A stretch of DNA of 64,000 nt from Squalus acanthias (Eukaryota), in NCBI GenBank assembly GCA_030390025.1, contig CM059432.1, positions 1,798,001 to 1,862,000 on the forward strand, written 5' to 3'. Below, piece after piece: positions 1 to 12,002 of this stretch. The notes beneath the pieces are model-generated. The model did not search any database. It had not been told where the DNA came from and was given only the letters and a program-made list of their open reading frames with translations. The stretch's first letter is position 1. Every line of letters begins with the position of its first letter. A program made the translations under genes and the position numbers.

Positions 1-541
1 GAGATATTAGGGCAGGTGACCAAAAGCTTAGTCAAAGAGGTAGGTTTTAAGGAGCGTCTTAAAGGAGGAAAGAGAGGTAGCGAGGCGGAGAGGTTTAGGC
101 AGGGAATTCCAGAGCTTAGGGCCCAGGCAACAGAAGGCACGGCCACCAATGGTTGAGCGATTATAATCAGGGATGCTCAAGAGGCCAGAATTAGAGGAGC
201 GCAGAGATCTCGGGGGGTTGTGCGGCTGAAGAAGATTACAGAGATAGGAAGGGGCGAGGCCATGGAGGGATTTGAAAACAAGGATGGGAATTTTGAAATC
301 GAGGCATTGCTTAACCGGGAGCCAATGTAGGTCAGCGAGCACAGGGGTAATGGGCGAACAGGACTTGGTGCGAGTTAGGACACGGGGCAGCCGAGTTTTG
401 GATGACCTCAAGTTTACGTAGGGTGGAATGTGGGAGGCCAGCCAGGAGTGCGTTGGAATAGTCAAGTCTAGAGGTAACAAAGGCATGGATGAGGGTTTCA
501 GCAGCGGATGAGCTGAGGCAAGGGCGGAGACAGGCGATGTT
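1..541 (-). mobile_element. L2-clade LINE, 3' fragment (end of ORF2)
   Basis: Minus ORFs 28..486 and 332..556 give the typical L2 C-terminus (FVTSRLDYSN, LHWLPV, RSLRSS, GGRAFC, LWNSLP, FKTLLKTYLF) with a frameshift. Confidence 0.9.
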
Positions 542-696
542 AGGGATAGTCAGCATCGCTTAATGCACTTCTGAGTGTCTGACCAACCACCAGGAAAACC
601 CATTTCACTTTATTTTTCGTACGGGCGACATTACTTTAAAAAAAATCTTCCCTAATGGCTCCACAGGTTTAGGCAGCAAGTGGCTGATTGTAAAGA

Positions 697-1160
697 ATCA
701 GAGAAATTCAGGACACAAAGGAGGCCATTCGGCCCATCGTGTCCGTGCTGGCCGACAAAGAGCTATCCACCCTAATCCCACTTTCCAGCTCTTGGTCCGT
801 AGCCCTGCAGGTTACAGCACTTCAAGTGCACATCGAAGCACTTTTTAAATGCGATGAGGGTTTCTGCCTCTACCACCCTTTCAGGCAGTGAGTTCCAGAC
901 CCCCACCACCCTCTGGGTGAAAAAAGTTCTCCTCAAATCCCCTCTAATCCTTCTACCAATTACTTTAAATCTCTGCCCCCTGGTTACTGACCACTCTGCT
1001 AAGGGAAATAGGTCCTTCCTATCCACACTATCTAGGCCCCTCATAATTTTATACACCTCAATCAAGTCTCCCCTCAGCCTCCTCTGTTCCAAAGAAAACA
1101 ACCCCAGCCTATCCAATCTTTCCTCACAGCTAAAATTCTCCAGTCCCGGGAACATCCTCG
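697..1160 (-). mobile_element. CR1 (HER1-like) LINE 3' fragment
   Basis: ORF 772..1155: LFSLEQRRLRGDLIEVYKIM...FFTQRVVGVWNSLP; CR1 3' UTR hairpin GGGCCGAATGGCC. Confidence 0.9.
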
Positions 1161-1261
1161 TCTGTAGAATTTTGAGAGAATGAAGAGCAGGAAGATCGCA
1201 GGATTAGTTCCCCAGCCTGTGCCGAGTTAGTTAGGGCAGAGTTACAGATGATATAAGAGAG

Positions 1262-1465
1262 TCAGCAATAAATGCAATCGGGAATTCAGGAGAAACTTCT
1301 TTCCCCAGAGAGTGGTGAGAATGTGGAACTCGCTACCACAGGGAGTGGTTGAGGCGAATAGTATAGATACATTTAAGGGGAAGCTAGATAAACACGTGAG
1401 GGAGAAAGGAATCGAAGGATATGTTGATGGGGTGAGGTGAAGAGGGGTGGGAGGAGGCTCGTGTG
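1262..1465 (+). mobile_element. CR1 3' fragment
   Basis: cagagagtggtgagaatgtggaactcgctacca (QRVVRMWNSLP) motif shared with many other copies in the window. Confidence 0.8.
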
Positions 1466-1735
1466 GAGGTGAGAGAGGCGGAGAGGTTTAGGGAGGGAAT
1501 TCCAGAGCTTAGGGCCGAGGCAGCTGAAGACACGGACGCCAATGGTGGGGCGAAGGAAACCGAGGCCAGAACTGGAGATGTGCAGAGATCTCGGAGGGTT
1601 GTGGGCTGGAGGAAGTTACAGAGAAACGGAGGGGGGCGAGGCCATGGACGGATTTGAAAACAAGGATGAGAATTTTTAAATCAAGGCGTTGCCAGACTGG
1701 GAGCCAATGTGGGTCAGCGAGCACAGGGGGTGACG
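1466..1735 (-). mobile_element. L2 3' fragment
   Basis: ORF 1509..1724 HWLPVWQRLDLKILILVFKSVHGLAP. Confidence 0.8.
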
Positions 1736-1946
1736 GCCCCTTGTGTATGTAAATGAGGGTCCTAAAGCATGTTCCAGGACCCCTCTGGGAAATTTGGCAG
1801 CACAGAGCAGAGCTGACCTACAATACCTGGTCTACACTTTTAACGGAGGTGCAGTGACAGAGAGACCTGGGGGTGTATGCACACAAATCCTTGAAGGTCG
1901 CAGGACAAGTTGATAAGCATACGGGATCCTGGGCTTTATAAATAGA

Positions 1947-2169
1947 CATGATGTGGAGATGCCGGTGTTGGACTGGGGTGGACAAATGTGAGAAGTCGCA
2001 CAACACCAGGTTATAGTCCAACAGTTTTATTTGAAATCACAAGCTTTCGGAGCGCTGCTCCTTCGTCAGGTGAAGTCTTCACCTGACGAAGGAGCAGCAG
2101 CTCCGAAAGCTTGTGATTTCAAATAAAACTGTTGGATTACAACCTGCTGTTGTGCGACTTCTCACATTT
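1947..2169. mobile_element. Non-autonomous Penelope-like palindromic mini-element (family A)
   Basis: Inverted arms 1984-2075 / 2077-2169 around a 1-nt centre; ~36-nt unpaired extension ATGATGTGGAGATGCCGG...; 12-bp TSD TTTATAAATAGA (1935-1946 / 2167-2178); termini match the PLE at 36178. Confidence 0.85.
2078..2117 (+). ncRNA. Minimal type I hammerhead ribozyme motif (PLE family A); mirror copy on minus at 2036-2074
   Basis: TCAC-CTGACGA-A-GGAGC(AGCA)GCTCC-GAAA-GC-TT-GTGA: conserved core, stem II, stem I TCAC/GTGA, palindromic AGCT in place of stem III. Confidence 0.75.
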
Positions 2170-2184
2170 ATAAATAGAAACATA

Positions 2185-3075
2185 GGGGGAAAAATTCAGT
2201 TGGTTGCGCCTCCCGTTAGCGCCTTAAGAGGGCGCTAATGGGGCGCAAAGCAACTAGCACCCGGGCGCGGCGATGTTTGCGCCGCTCGCGAAATTAACTA
2301 GACATTTTGCGGCAGCGCTAAACAGTACCGCCACGATCTCCTGCGCCGGCAGATCGTGACGTCAGTCGAGTGCGCAACGCCCCGGTAGTGCCCCGGTGCG
2401 GATACTGAGTGGCGCCCCCTGCCTTGCCGCCTGCCACTAGCAATGACAGGTTGAGGGGAGCGTTTTGCAGTCAGGAAGGGACTGGGGGAGCGCTATTTAA
2501 AGGCGACCGCTTCCTGCCTTTTTTTGTTGCCGACATTTTTGAACCACGCATTCTGAGAGAGAGAGAGAGACTTCTGGAGAGATTCAACGCTGTGTGAAGG
2601 AATTTTGGGTACTGAGCAGCACTTTGCAGATTCATTTTGATTTGCCCTTCCTTGTATCGATTTAGAAGAGACTGTGGGGGCTGCACTCTGAGCTCTTTCC
2701 CTGGGCCTCTCCATTGTTCTTTCCAGCAGATTTGATGTACTGGTATCTCCAGGCCGAGATTCAAGGCTGCAATGAGCAGAATGTGGATGGAAAGCAAGAT
2801 CAACCCTCCCCTTTAAGAACTGGCCGGGGCCATTGTGTGTGTGTTCCATTGCTGACTGACATCACATGAGCTTCGCCAGCGCTCTGAGTTAGTGCCTCGC
2901 TCCTCGGCCTTTGCGCCTTAAGACAGATGTGTAGCGCCTGATTTAGCGCTCCAATCACCTCCAGGGGCGATAAAAGTCAAGTTTGCAGTCGGAGGCGATA
3001 ATTAGCGCCAGGTGCTAATCTTTGCGCCCGGCCGATAATTGTGCCCCAAACGGGGCGATACTGAATTTTTCCCCC
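2185..3075. mobile_element. PIF/Harbinger-like non-autonomous DNA transposon (MITE family 1)
   Basis: TIR GGGGGAAAAATTCAG / CTGAATTTTTCCCCC; 3-bp TSD ATA; repeated GGCGC subterminal motifs; second copy at 34162-35512 in opposite orientation. Confidence 0.75.
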
Positions 3076-3829
3076 ATAGAGTACTAAAGCAAGGAAGTTA
3101 TGCTAAACCTTTATAATTCACTGGTTAGGCCTCAGCTGGAGTATTGTGTCCAATTCTGGGCACCACACTTTAGGAAGGATGGCAAGGCCTTGGAGCGGGT
3201 GCAGAGGAGATTTACCAGGATGGGACCAGGGATGAGGGACTTCAGTTATGTGGAGAGACTGGAGAAGCTGGGATTGTTCTCCTTGGAGCCGAGAAGGTTA
3301 AGGGGAGATTTAATAGAGGTGTTCGAAATGATGAAGGGTTTTGATGGAGTAGATGGGGAGAAACTATTTCCAGTGGCAGGAGGGTTGGTAACCAGAGGAC
3401 ACAGATTTAAAGTGATTGGCAAAAGAACCAGAGGGGAGATGAAGAGAATTTTTTTTACACAGCGAGTTGTTGTGATCTGGAACGCGCTGCCTGAAAGGGC
3501 GGTGGAAGCAGATTCAATAGTAACTTTCAAAAGGAAATTGGATAAATACTTGAAAAGGAAAAAATTTGCAGGGCTATGGGGAAATAGAAGATGGAGTAGG
3601 ACTAATTGGAGAGCTCTTTGAAAGAGCCAGCACAGGCACGATGGGCCGAATGGCCTCTTGCTGTGCTGTATGAATCTATGATTCTACGAGAAGCCGGATC
3701 AGCGGTCCATAAAGGGATTGGTGGAGGCACTCGTCAATCTTGGAAGTTTTTTTTTATATGTGGTGCCTTGAGGAGCAGGATTGCAATAGCACTACGCGCA
3801 GGATTGGAGGAGCACCGAGACCTCGGAGG

Positions 3830-5172
3830 ATTGTGGGGCTGGAGGAGGTTACAGAGATAGGGAGGGTTGTAGGGGGCTGGAGGAGGTTACAGAGATAGGG
3901 AGGGTTGTAGGGCTGGAGGAGGTTACAGAGATAGGGATGGTTGTAGGGCTAGAGGAGGTTACAGAGATAGGGAGGGTTGTAGGGGCTGGAGGAGGTTACA
4001 GAGATAGGGAGGGTTGTAGGGCTGGAGGAGGTTACAGAGATAGGGAGGGTCGTAGGGCTGGAGGAGGTTACAGAGGTAGGGAGGGTTGTAGGGCTGGAGG
4101 AGGTTACAGAGATAGGGAGGGTTGTAGGGGGCTGGAGGAGGTTACAGAGATAGGGAGGGTCGTAGGGGCTGGAGGAGGTTACAGAGGTAGGGAGGGTTGT
4201 AGGGCTGGAGGAGGTTACAGAGATAAGGAGGGTCGTAGGGGCTGGAGGAGGTTACAGAGGTAGGGAGGGTTGTAGGGCTGGAGGAGGTTACAGAGATAAG
4301 GAGGGTCGTAGGGGCTGGAGGAGGTTACAGAGATAGGGAGGGTAGTCGGGCCGGAGGAGGTTACAGAGATAGGGAGGGTTAGAGGGCTGGAGGAGGTTAC
4401 AGAGATAGGGAGGGTCGTAGGGGCTGGAGGAGGTTACAGAGATAGGGAGGGTTGTAGGGCTGGAGGAGGTTACAGAGATAGGGAGGGTGGTAGGGGCTGG
4501 AGGAGGTTACAGAGATAGGGAGGGTAGTCGGGCCGGAGGAGGTTACAGAGATAGGGAGGGTCGTAGGGGCTGGAGGAGGTTACAGAGATAGGAAGGGCAG
4601 TCGGGCTGGAGGAGGTTACAGAGATAGGGAGGGTTGTAGGGCTGGAGGAGGTTACAGAGATAGGGAGGGTTGTAGGGCTGGAGGAGGTTACAGAGATAGG
4701 AAGGGCAGTCGGGCTGGAGGAGGTTACAGAGATAGGGAGGGTTGTAGGGCTGGAGGAGGTTACAGAGATAGGGAGGGTTGTAGGGCTGGAGGAGGTTACA
4801 GAGATAGGGAGGGTTGTAGGGCTGGAGGAGGTTACAGAGATAGGGAGGGTTGTAGGGCTGGAGGAGGTTACAGAGGTAGGGAGGGTCGTAGGGGCTGGAG
4901 GAGGTTACAGAGGTAGGGAGGGTTGTAGGGCTGGAGGAGGTTACAGAGGTAGGGAGGGTTGTAGGGCTGGAGGAGGTTACAGAGATAGGGAGGGTTGTAG
5001 GGGCTGGAGGAGGTTACAGAGATAGGGAGGGTCGTAGGGGCTGGAGGAGGTTACAGAGATAGGGAGGGCAGTCGGGCCGGAGGAGGTTACAGAGATAGGG
5101 AGGGTCGTAGGGGCTGGAGGAGGTTACAGAGGTAGGGAGGGTTGTAGGGCTGGAGGAGGTTACAGAGATAGG
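3830..5172 (+). repeat. 36-38 bp minisatellite derived from an L2 segment (~36 units)
   Basis: Unit GGGCTGGAGGAGGTTACAGAGATAGGGAGGGTTGTA; the same sequence occurs once in ordinary L2 copies (e.g. 32055-32095). Confidence 0.95.
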
Positions 5173-5454
5173 GAAAGTTTCATGGCCAAGTCTCCCATTG
5201 AAGAGCAACGAAAAGCTAAATCTGTAAAGAATGATTGCAGGCCAGGGAAATAGCTACCAATCATGATAGTTGGTTTTAGAGGCAGCATTTCCTTCAAGAC
5301 TGTTTGTTCTAAAGTCATGTTGGTGGCTGTGCATATCAAATATCAGCAATTGGTTGGAAGACTAAATCGATGAGAGAATATAGGATTTCTTTGAGAACAA
5401 ATTTTCATTAAGGCAGGCAGCTGAGGCTGTGATCTTTCTCTGGGCTTGCATAAG

Positions 5455-6325
5455 GACTGGAGGAGGTTACAGAGATAGGGAGGGGCGGGGGCATGCAGGG
5501 ACTTGAAAACAAGAATGAGAATTTAAAAATCGAGGCAGTGCTAGACCTGAAGCCAAAGAAGGTCAGCGAGCACAGGGGTGATGGGTGAACGGGATTTGCT
5601 GCGAGTTAGGACAGGGGCAGCAGAGTTTTGGATGAGCTCAAGTCTGCGCAAGGTGGAAGATGGAAAATCTGTCGGGAGAGCGTTGGTGAGTCTGGAGGTA
5701 ACAAAGACATGGACGAGGGTTTCAGCAGCAGATGAGCTGAGGCAGGGTGGAGACGGGCGATGGAGAAGGAGGTGGAAGTAGGCGGTCTTGGTGAAGGAGA
5801 GGATATGGGGTTGGAAGCTCAGCTCAGCTCAGCGACACATAGGACGTCAAGATTGCGAACAGTCTGGTTCAGCCTCAGACAGTGAGCAGGGAGAGGGATG
5901 GAGTCGGTGGCGAGGAAACGGAGTCTGAGTCGTGGGCTGAAGACAGCGAATTTGGTCTTGCCTATATTTAACTGGAAGAAATTTCTGCTCATCCAATACT
6001 GGATGTTGGACAAGCAGTGTAACAAACCAGAGAGAGTGGAGGTGTTGAGAGAGAGGTGGGGGTTGAGGTAGAGCTGGGTGTGGTCAGCGCACATGTGGAA
6101 CCTGACGCTGTGTTTTCGGATGAAGTCGCCGAGGGGCAGCGTGTAGATGGGAAACAGGAGGGGGATCCAAGGATAGATCCTTGGGGGGACACCAGAGGTA
6201 ACGATGCGGGAGTGGGAAGGCAAGCCGTTGCAGGAGATTCTCTGGCTACGATTAGGTAGAGAAGAATGGAACCAGGCGAGTGCAGTCCCACCCAGCTGGG
6301 CGACGGAGGAGAGGCGTTGGACGGT
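5455..6325 (-). mobile_element. L2 LINE fragment including degenerate RT region
   Basis: ORF 5819..6352: AWFHSSLPNRSQ, VTSGVP, FHMCADHTQLY (degenerate YADD), WMSRNFFQLNIGKT. Confidence 0.85.
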
Positions 6326-6804
6326 GGGAATACTGGCTTGAGTTTCCCCCACTGTGGGCTACACCAGTTGTACCAGCTGAACAGAGCACTAACGTTAATT
6401 GTCGTGATCCTAGGCCAAGAACGTAGGAAATTCTAAGAGCTCATTTCAATCACAACTGTACTGATTAGACCATAGCAGTTTTCTAAATGGAAGACAATAA
6501 AGAGGCCACTGTTATATGGAGTAATATATTTCACAGAAGCAGATGGGCGATTAATGAACCACGCTCACTGTTGCATGTAGATTCACTGAAGTGTCCCCAC
6601 CACTGGCCACACTGCACTATTACAGCCTGGCGAATGTACAACCCCACTATTGTGAATGGAAATGGCAGGCATCTTTATTTCACCTCATTAACCGGAGAAT
6701 GAACATGAAAAATAACTACCGCGTGCCTGTGACTAAAAGCTGCCTTGCACTTCACTCATGAGAAACAGCCCGATCGTTCGCGCATTGCACTTTTAAAGTA
6801 AAGA

Positions 6805-7697
6805 GAGACTGGCATTTCTACAGCCCCTTTCACAACCTCAGGACGTCCCGAAGCCCTTTACAGCCAATGAAGTACTTTTTGAAGTGGAGTCACTGTTGTA
6901 ATGTAGGAAACGCGGCAGCCAATTGCGCACAGCAAGCTCCCACAAACAGCAATGTGATAATGACCAGATAATCTGTTTTTTGTGATGTTGATTGAGGGAT
7001 AAACATTGGCCCAAGACACCGGGGAGAACTCTCCCTGCTCTTCTTCAACATAGTGGCCATGGGATCTTTTACATCCACCTGAGAGAGCAGACGGGGCCTC
7101 GGTTTAACGTCTCATCTGAAAGACAGCACCTCCGACAGTGCAGCACTCCCTCGGTACTGCACCTTCGACAGCACAGCGCTGACTCAGTACTGCCCCTCCG
7201 ATAGTGCGGCGCTCTCTCAGTACCGCCCGTCCGACAGTGCGGCACTCCCTCAGTACAGCCCCTCTGACAGTGCGGCGCTCCCTCAGTACTGCCCCTCCGA
7301 CAGTGCGGCGCTCCCTCAGTACTGCCCCTCCGACAGTGCAGCACTCCCTCAGTACTGCCCCTCCGACAGTGCGGCGCTCCCTCAGTACTGCCCCTCTGAC
7401 AGTGCAGCGCTCCCTCAGTACTGACCCTCCGACAGTGCGGCGCTCTCTCAGTACTGCCCCTCCGACAGTGCAGCACTCCCTCAGTACTGCCCCTCCGACA
7501 GTGCGGCGCTCCCTCAGTACTGCCCCTCCGACAGTGCGGCGCTCCCTCAGTACTGCCCCTCCGACAGTGCAGCACTCCCTCAGTACTGCAGTGGGAGGGT
7601 CAGCCTGGATTTTGTGCTCAGATCTCTGGAGTGGGACTTGAACCCACGACCTCCTGCCTCAGAGGCGAGGGCGCCGCCCACCGAGCCACGGCTGACA
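6805..7697 (-). mobile_element. Deu-domain SINE (SacSINE1-like) with internal 33-bp minisatellite
   Basis: Reverse complement of tRNA-like head (TGGCTCGGTGG...GGTTCAAGTCC), Deu core GTCTTTCAGATGAGACGTTAAACCGAGG and L2-like tail. Confidence 0.85.
7128..7588 (+). repeat. 33-bp SINE-derived minisatellite (~14 units)
   Basis: Unit CAGTACTGCCCCTCCGACAGTGCGGCGCTCCCT. Confidence 0.95.
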
Positions 7698-9364
7698 ATT
7701 TCCTGACGGTGTCGCCACCGATAAGATGGAGCGATTGGGCTTTTCTCCATCTCCTTCCATCTCCAGTCTCCTTCACCGTATCATAATACAGTTCGACATC
7801 ATCTTTGGCCATTAACCATCAACCTTTTAAACCTCACTGCAGGTTCTTTATCCGCAAAGCAATCGGTTTCTCCAACAGGCACGATAATAAGTCATTTGAC
7901 CTGTCTGGATCTTTCAGGCCCATTAAAGGTTCTCCGTGCGTGTGTGCGTGTGCGGGGCTTTTAAAAGCAGACTTCGAAAATGCCTGCAAGTTCTGCATGT
8001 TATCTTCAGCCGAGAAGAAAAGGAAAAAGCCTCTTTAAATGTGTCTGTCTGGTTCCCCGAAGGCAAAGGCAGATATCCCTGTAGTGGGCAATGGAAGGAC
8101 AGAAGCTGTAGCCTTATTAATGAATGCGGACTATTACGAGACTGCCTGACTCCTGCACGGCTCCCAGAAGCATGTACTGTACGTGACTAAAAACGCCAGA
8201 ATATTGACACAAAGCAAGCCACGCACCCCTAAGGAGAATTACTCCTTGGATATAATGTAGGCTCGTAACAGCTATTAGAGTACTAACGAAAATCCTTGGG
8301 GGATCAAGCTGACATATACTGTATTCTGCCTTTCTCCAAACATTAGGAGAATTGCCTTCTAAAGGCATTCTCAAGGACAAGATTCAAAGGACTTTCGCTC
8401 GCACTCGACATGCCTGCAGCCTTTAGCACAGTACCAATAGCCTCTCGTTTCCAATCAATAAAAAACTGGCTCTGTTGCAAGATCCGCACAACCGCCTTAT
8501 TTAGAGGATTCAATCCCATTGAAGCGGTTCAATTCAGACGGTAATTAACATCTGAATGATGACAGTGCAACAAGAAAAAGTATAAAGATAGGATTAAAAG
8601 AAAAAAAAAAGGAGAGGAAATAAAGCGAATAAAGCCGGACATGAACGCCTGCAATCCAGGCAAGACAAGACTAAAGGCGAGGGAAAAAAATACAATACAT
8701 TGCAGGGTTTCAGCTGCCATTAGTCAAATAGCCAAACACTGCATCACAGCTTCCTTGGGCGAAAGGCTATTGTCACTGGGGAATTTCTGCCTTGCATGCC
8801 AGAAATTCCTGCTTGTAAACAGGGATCAGTGGCACAGTCAGAGAGAGAAAGGAAGACACACATTTCTCCAGCGCCTTTCACCACCACCGGACGTCCCAAA
8901 GCGCTTTACAGCCAATGAAGTATTTTTGAAGTGCAGTCACTGCTGTAATGTGGGAAACGCAGCAGCTAGTTGGTGCACAGCAAACTCCCACAAATAGCAA
9001 TGTGATAATGACCAGATAATCTGCTTTAGTGATGTTGGTTGAGGGATAAATATTGACCAGGACACTGGGGAGAACTCCCCCTGCTCTTCTTCGAAATAGG
9101 GCCATAGAATCTTTTACGTCCACCTGAGAGAGCAGACGGGGCCTCGGTTTAACGTCTCATCTGACAGACGGCCCCTCCGACTGTACGGCGCTCCCTCAGT
9201 ACTGCCCCTCCGACAGTGTGGCGCTCCCTCAGTACTGCCCCTCTGACAGTGCAGCGCTCCCTCAGTACTGCCCCTCCGACAGTGCGGTGCTCCCTCAGTA
9301 CTGCCCCTCCGACAGTGCAGCGCTCCCTCAGTACTGCTCCTCCAACAGTGCAGTGCTCCCTCAG

Positions 9365-10530
9365 TTCTTTTTCTTTTTCTTAGGCAGTCCCTCAGAACCG
9401 AGGATGACTTGCTTCCACACTAAAAATGAATTCTCAGGTGACTGATGAGTCCAATGCGGGACCTACAGTCTCTGTCACAGGTGGGGCAGACGGTGGTTGA
9501 AGGGGCGGGTGGGTGGGGTGCTTGGGTTGACGTGCGCTCCTTCCGCTGTTTGCGCTTGGCTTCCGCTTACTCCCGGCGAAGAGACTCGAGGTGTTCGGCG
9601 CCTTCCCGGATGCTTCTCCTCCACTTTGTGTGGTCTTGGGCCAGGGATGTTGCACTTTTTCAAGGAGGCTTTGAGGGTGTCCTTGAAGCGTTTCCTCTGC
9701 CCACCTGGGGCTCTCCTGCCATGCCCGAGCTCTGAGTAGAGCGCTTGTTTTGGGAGTCTCGTATTGGGCATGCGGACGATGTGACCCGCCCATCGGAGTT
9801 GATCGAGCGTGGTCAAAGCTTCGATGCTGGGGGTGTTGGCCTGAGCGAGAACACTGACATTGGTGCGCCTATCCTGCCAATGGATTTGCAGGATCTTGCG
9901 GAGGCAGCGTTGGTGGTACCTCTCCAGTGCTTTGAGGTGCCTGCTGTACATGGTCCATGTCTCTGAGGCATAGAGCAGGGTGGGTATCACTGCTGCTCTG
10001 TAGACCATAGTGCCGGGTTTGAGGTCCTGGTCTTCAAACACTCTCTTCCTCAGGCGACCGAAGGCTGCACTGGCACACTGAAGGCGGTGTTGGACTTCGT
10101 CATCGACGTCTGCCCTTGTTGATAGTAGGCTCCCGAGGTATGGAAATTGGTCCACGTTGTCCAAGGCCTCGTCATGGATTTTGATAATTGGGGGGCAGTA
10201 CTGTGTGGCTGGGGCAAGTTGGTAGAGGACCTTCGTCTTACGGATGTTTAGTGTAAGGCCCAAGCTCTCGTACGCTTCGGTGAAGGTGTTGACGATGGTT
10301 TGGAGTTCGACCTCCGAGTGAGCGCAGACGTCGTCTGCATACTGTAATTTGACGACAGAGGATGGGACGACCTTGGATCTGGACTGGAGGCGACGGAGGT
10401 TGAACAGTTTCCCGTTTGTTCTGTAGATTAGCTCCACTCCAGCGGGGAGCTTACTGAGGGTGAGATGGAGCATTGCAGCCAGGAATATCGAGAAGAGCGT
10501 TGGTGCGATGACACAGCCTTGCTTGACCCT
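9365..10530 (-). mobile_element. RTE-clade LINE (BovB/RTE-like), 5'-truncated
   Basis: ORF 9475..11076 from KQGCVIAPTLFSIF through QYADD, FPYLGS, LLYASETWT, QLRWAGHIVRM, GGQRKRFKDTLK; GAA-rich 3' tail at 9365-9380. Confidence 0.9.
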
Positions 10531-11575
10531 AGTGCGGCGCTCCCTCAGTACTGCCCCTCCGACAGTGCGGCGCTCCCTCAGTACTGCCCCTCCGACAGTG
10601 CGGCACTCCCTCAGTACTGCCCCTCCGACAGTGCAGCACTCCCTCAGTACTGCCCCTCCAACAGTGCGGCGCTCCCTCAGTACCACCCCTCCGACAGTGC
10701 AGTGCTCCCTCAGTACTGCCACTCCGACAGTGCGGCGCTCCCTCAGTACTGCCCCTCCGACAGTGCGGTTCTCCCTCAGTACTGCCCCTCCGACAGTGCG
10801 GCTCTCCCTCAGTACTGCCCCTCCGACAGTGCGGCACTTCCTCAGTATCACCCCTCTGACAGTGCGGCGCTCCCTCAGTACTGCCCCTCCGACAGTGCGG
10901 CGCTCCCTCAGTACCACCCCTCCGACAGTGCGGCGCTCCCCCAGTACTGCCCCTCCGACAGTGCGGCTCTCCCTCAGTACTGCCCCTCCGACAGTGCGGC
11001 GCTCCCTCAGTACTGCCCCTCCGACAGTGCGGCACTTCCTCAGTATCACCCCTCTGACAGTGCGGCGCTCCCTCATTACTGCCCCTCCGACAGTGCGGCG
11101 CTCCCTCAGTACTGCCCCTCCGACAGTGTGGCGCTCCCTCAGTACTGCCCCTCCGACAGTGCGGCGCTCCCTCAGTACTGCCCCTCTGACAGAGCGGCGC
11201 TCCCTCAGTACTGCCCCTCCGACAGTGCGGCGCTCCCTCAGTACTGCCCCTCCGACAGAGCGGCGCTCCCTCAGTACTGCCCCTCCGACAGTGTGGCACT
11301 CCCTCAGTACTGCCCCTCCGACAGTGTGGCGCTCCCTCAGTACTGCCCCTCCGACAGTGTGGCACTCCCTCAGTACTGCCCCTCCGACAGTGCGGCGCTC
11401 CCTCAGTACTGCCCCTCTGACAGTGCAGCGCTCCCTCAGTACTGCCCCTCCGACAGTGCAGCACTCCCTCAGTACCGCCCCTCCGACAGTGCAGCACTCC
11501 CTCAGTACTGCCCCTCCGACAGTGCAGCACTCCCTCAGTACTGCCTCTCCGACAGTGTGGCGCTCCCTCAGTATT
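10531..11575 (+). repeat. 33-bp SINE-derived minisatellite (~32 units)
   Basis: Same unit as at 7128; gives 11-aa repeat ORFs in several frames. Confidence 0.95.
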
Positions 11576-12002
11576 GCACTGGAGTGTCAGCCTGGATTTT
11601 TGTTCTCAAGTCTCTGGAGTGGGATTTGAACCCTGAACTTTCTGACTCAGAGGCGAGAGCGCTACCCACTGAGCCACGGCTGACACTGAGACGTATACCG
11701 TATACATCCGCTGCCCGTCTCTGCAAGATAGTGAAGTGTTTTAACGCTCCCCCCCCCCCCCGCCCCCTCCAGCCCCAGCCCCCCTCCCGAAGACGGCTTT
11801 TTATTGTGGAGAGTTCCGTCTCTACCTGGGTTTCCATTCCTTCTCTCTCCAAGCCAGACATAACTAACGACAGCAAAAACAAAAGCATACTGCCAACCGT
11901 GAGAAACACTCAGCAGGTCTGGCAGGATCTGCGGGGAGAGAAACAGGGTTAACCTTTCAGGTCTGTGACCTTCCGTCGGAACTGGAAGAAGATAGAGATT
12001 TA

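Larger units (their letters stand above)
1845..3686 (+). mobile_element. CR1 3' fragment interrupted by a Penelope hairpin (1947-2169) and a MITE (2185-3075)
   Basis: RDLGV...ILGFINR sequence at 1860-1946 continues at 3076 into ORF 3100..3621 (LYNSLVRPQLEYCVQFW...). Confidence 0.85.
8850..11687 (-). mobile_element. Deu-SINE with expanded 33-bp minisatellite, interrupted by an RTE insertion
   Basis: SINE tail and core 8850-9170, repeat units 9170-9364, RTE 9365-10530, repeat units 10531-11575, SINE head 11576-11687. Confidence 0.85.

Noticed and set aside
2409..2849. ORFs shared between 2409-2849 and 34858-35344 as a duplicated gene
   Set aside because: They lie inside the two MITE copies, overlap in several frames and strands, and show no recognisable domain.
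7128..11575. CRISPR-like appearance of the 33-bp repeats
   Set aside because: Head-to-tail tandem units without unique spacers, no cas genes, and a eukaryotic SINE origin.
10460..11952. Long repeat ORFs (389, 495 and 333 aa) and similar ORFs at 7069-7641 and 51897-52502
   Set aside because: Translations of the 33-bp SINE minisatellite.
11948..11985. Functional hammerhead in the 11870 PLE copy
   Set aside because: Core is mutated (CCGACGG, GAAAGGTT), so it is treated as decayed.
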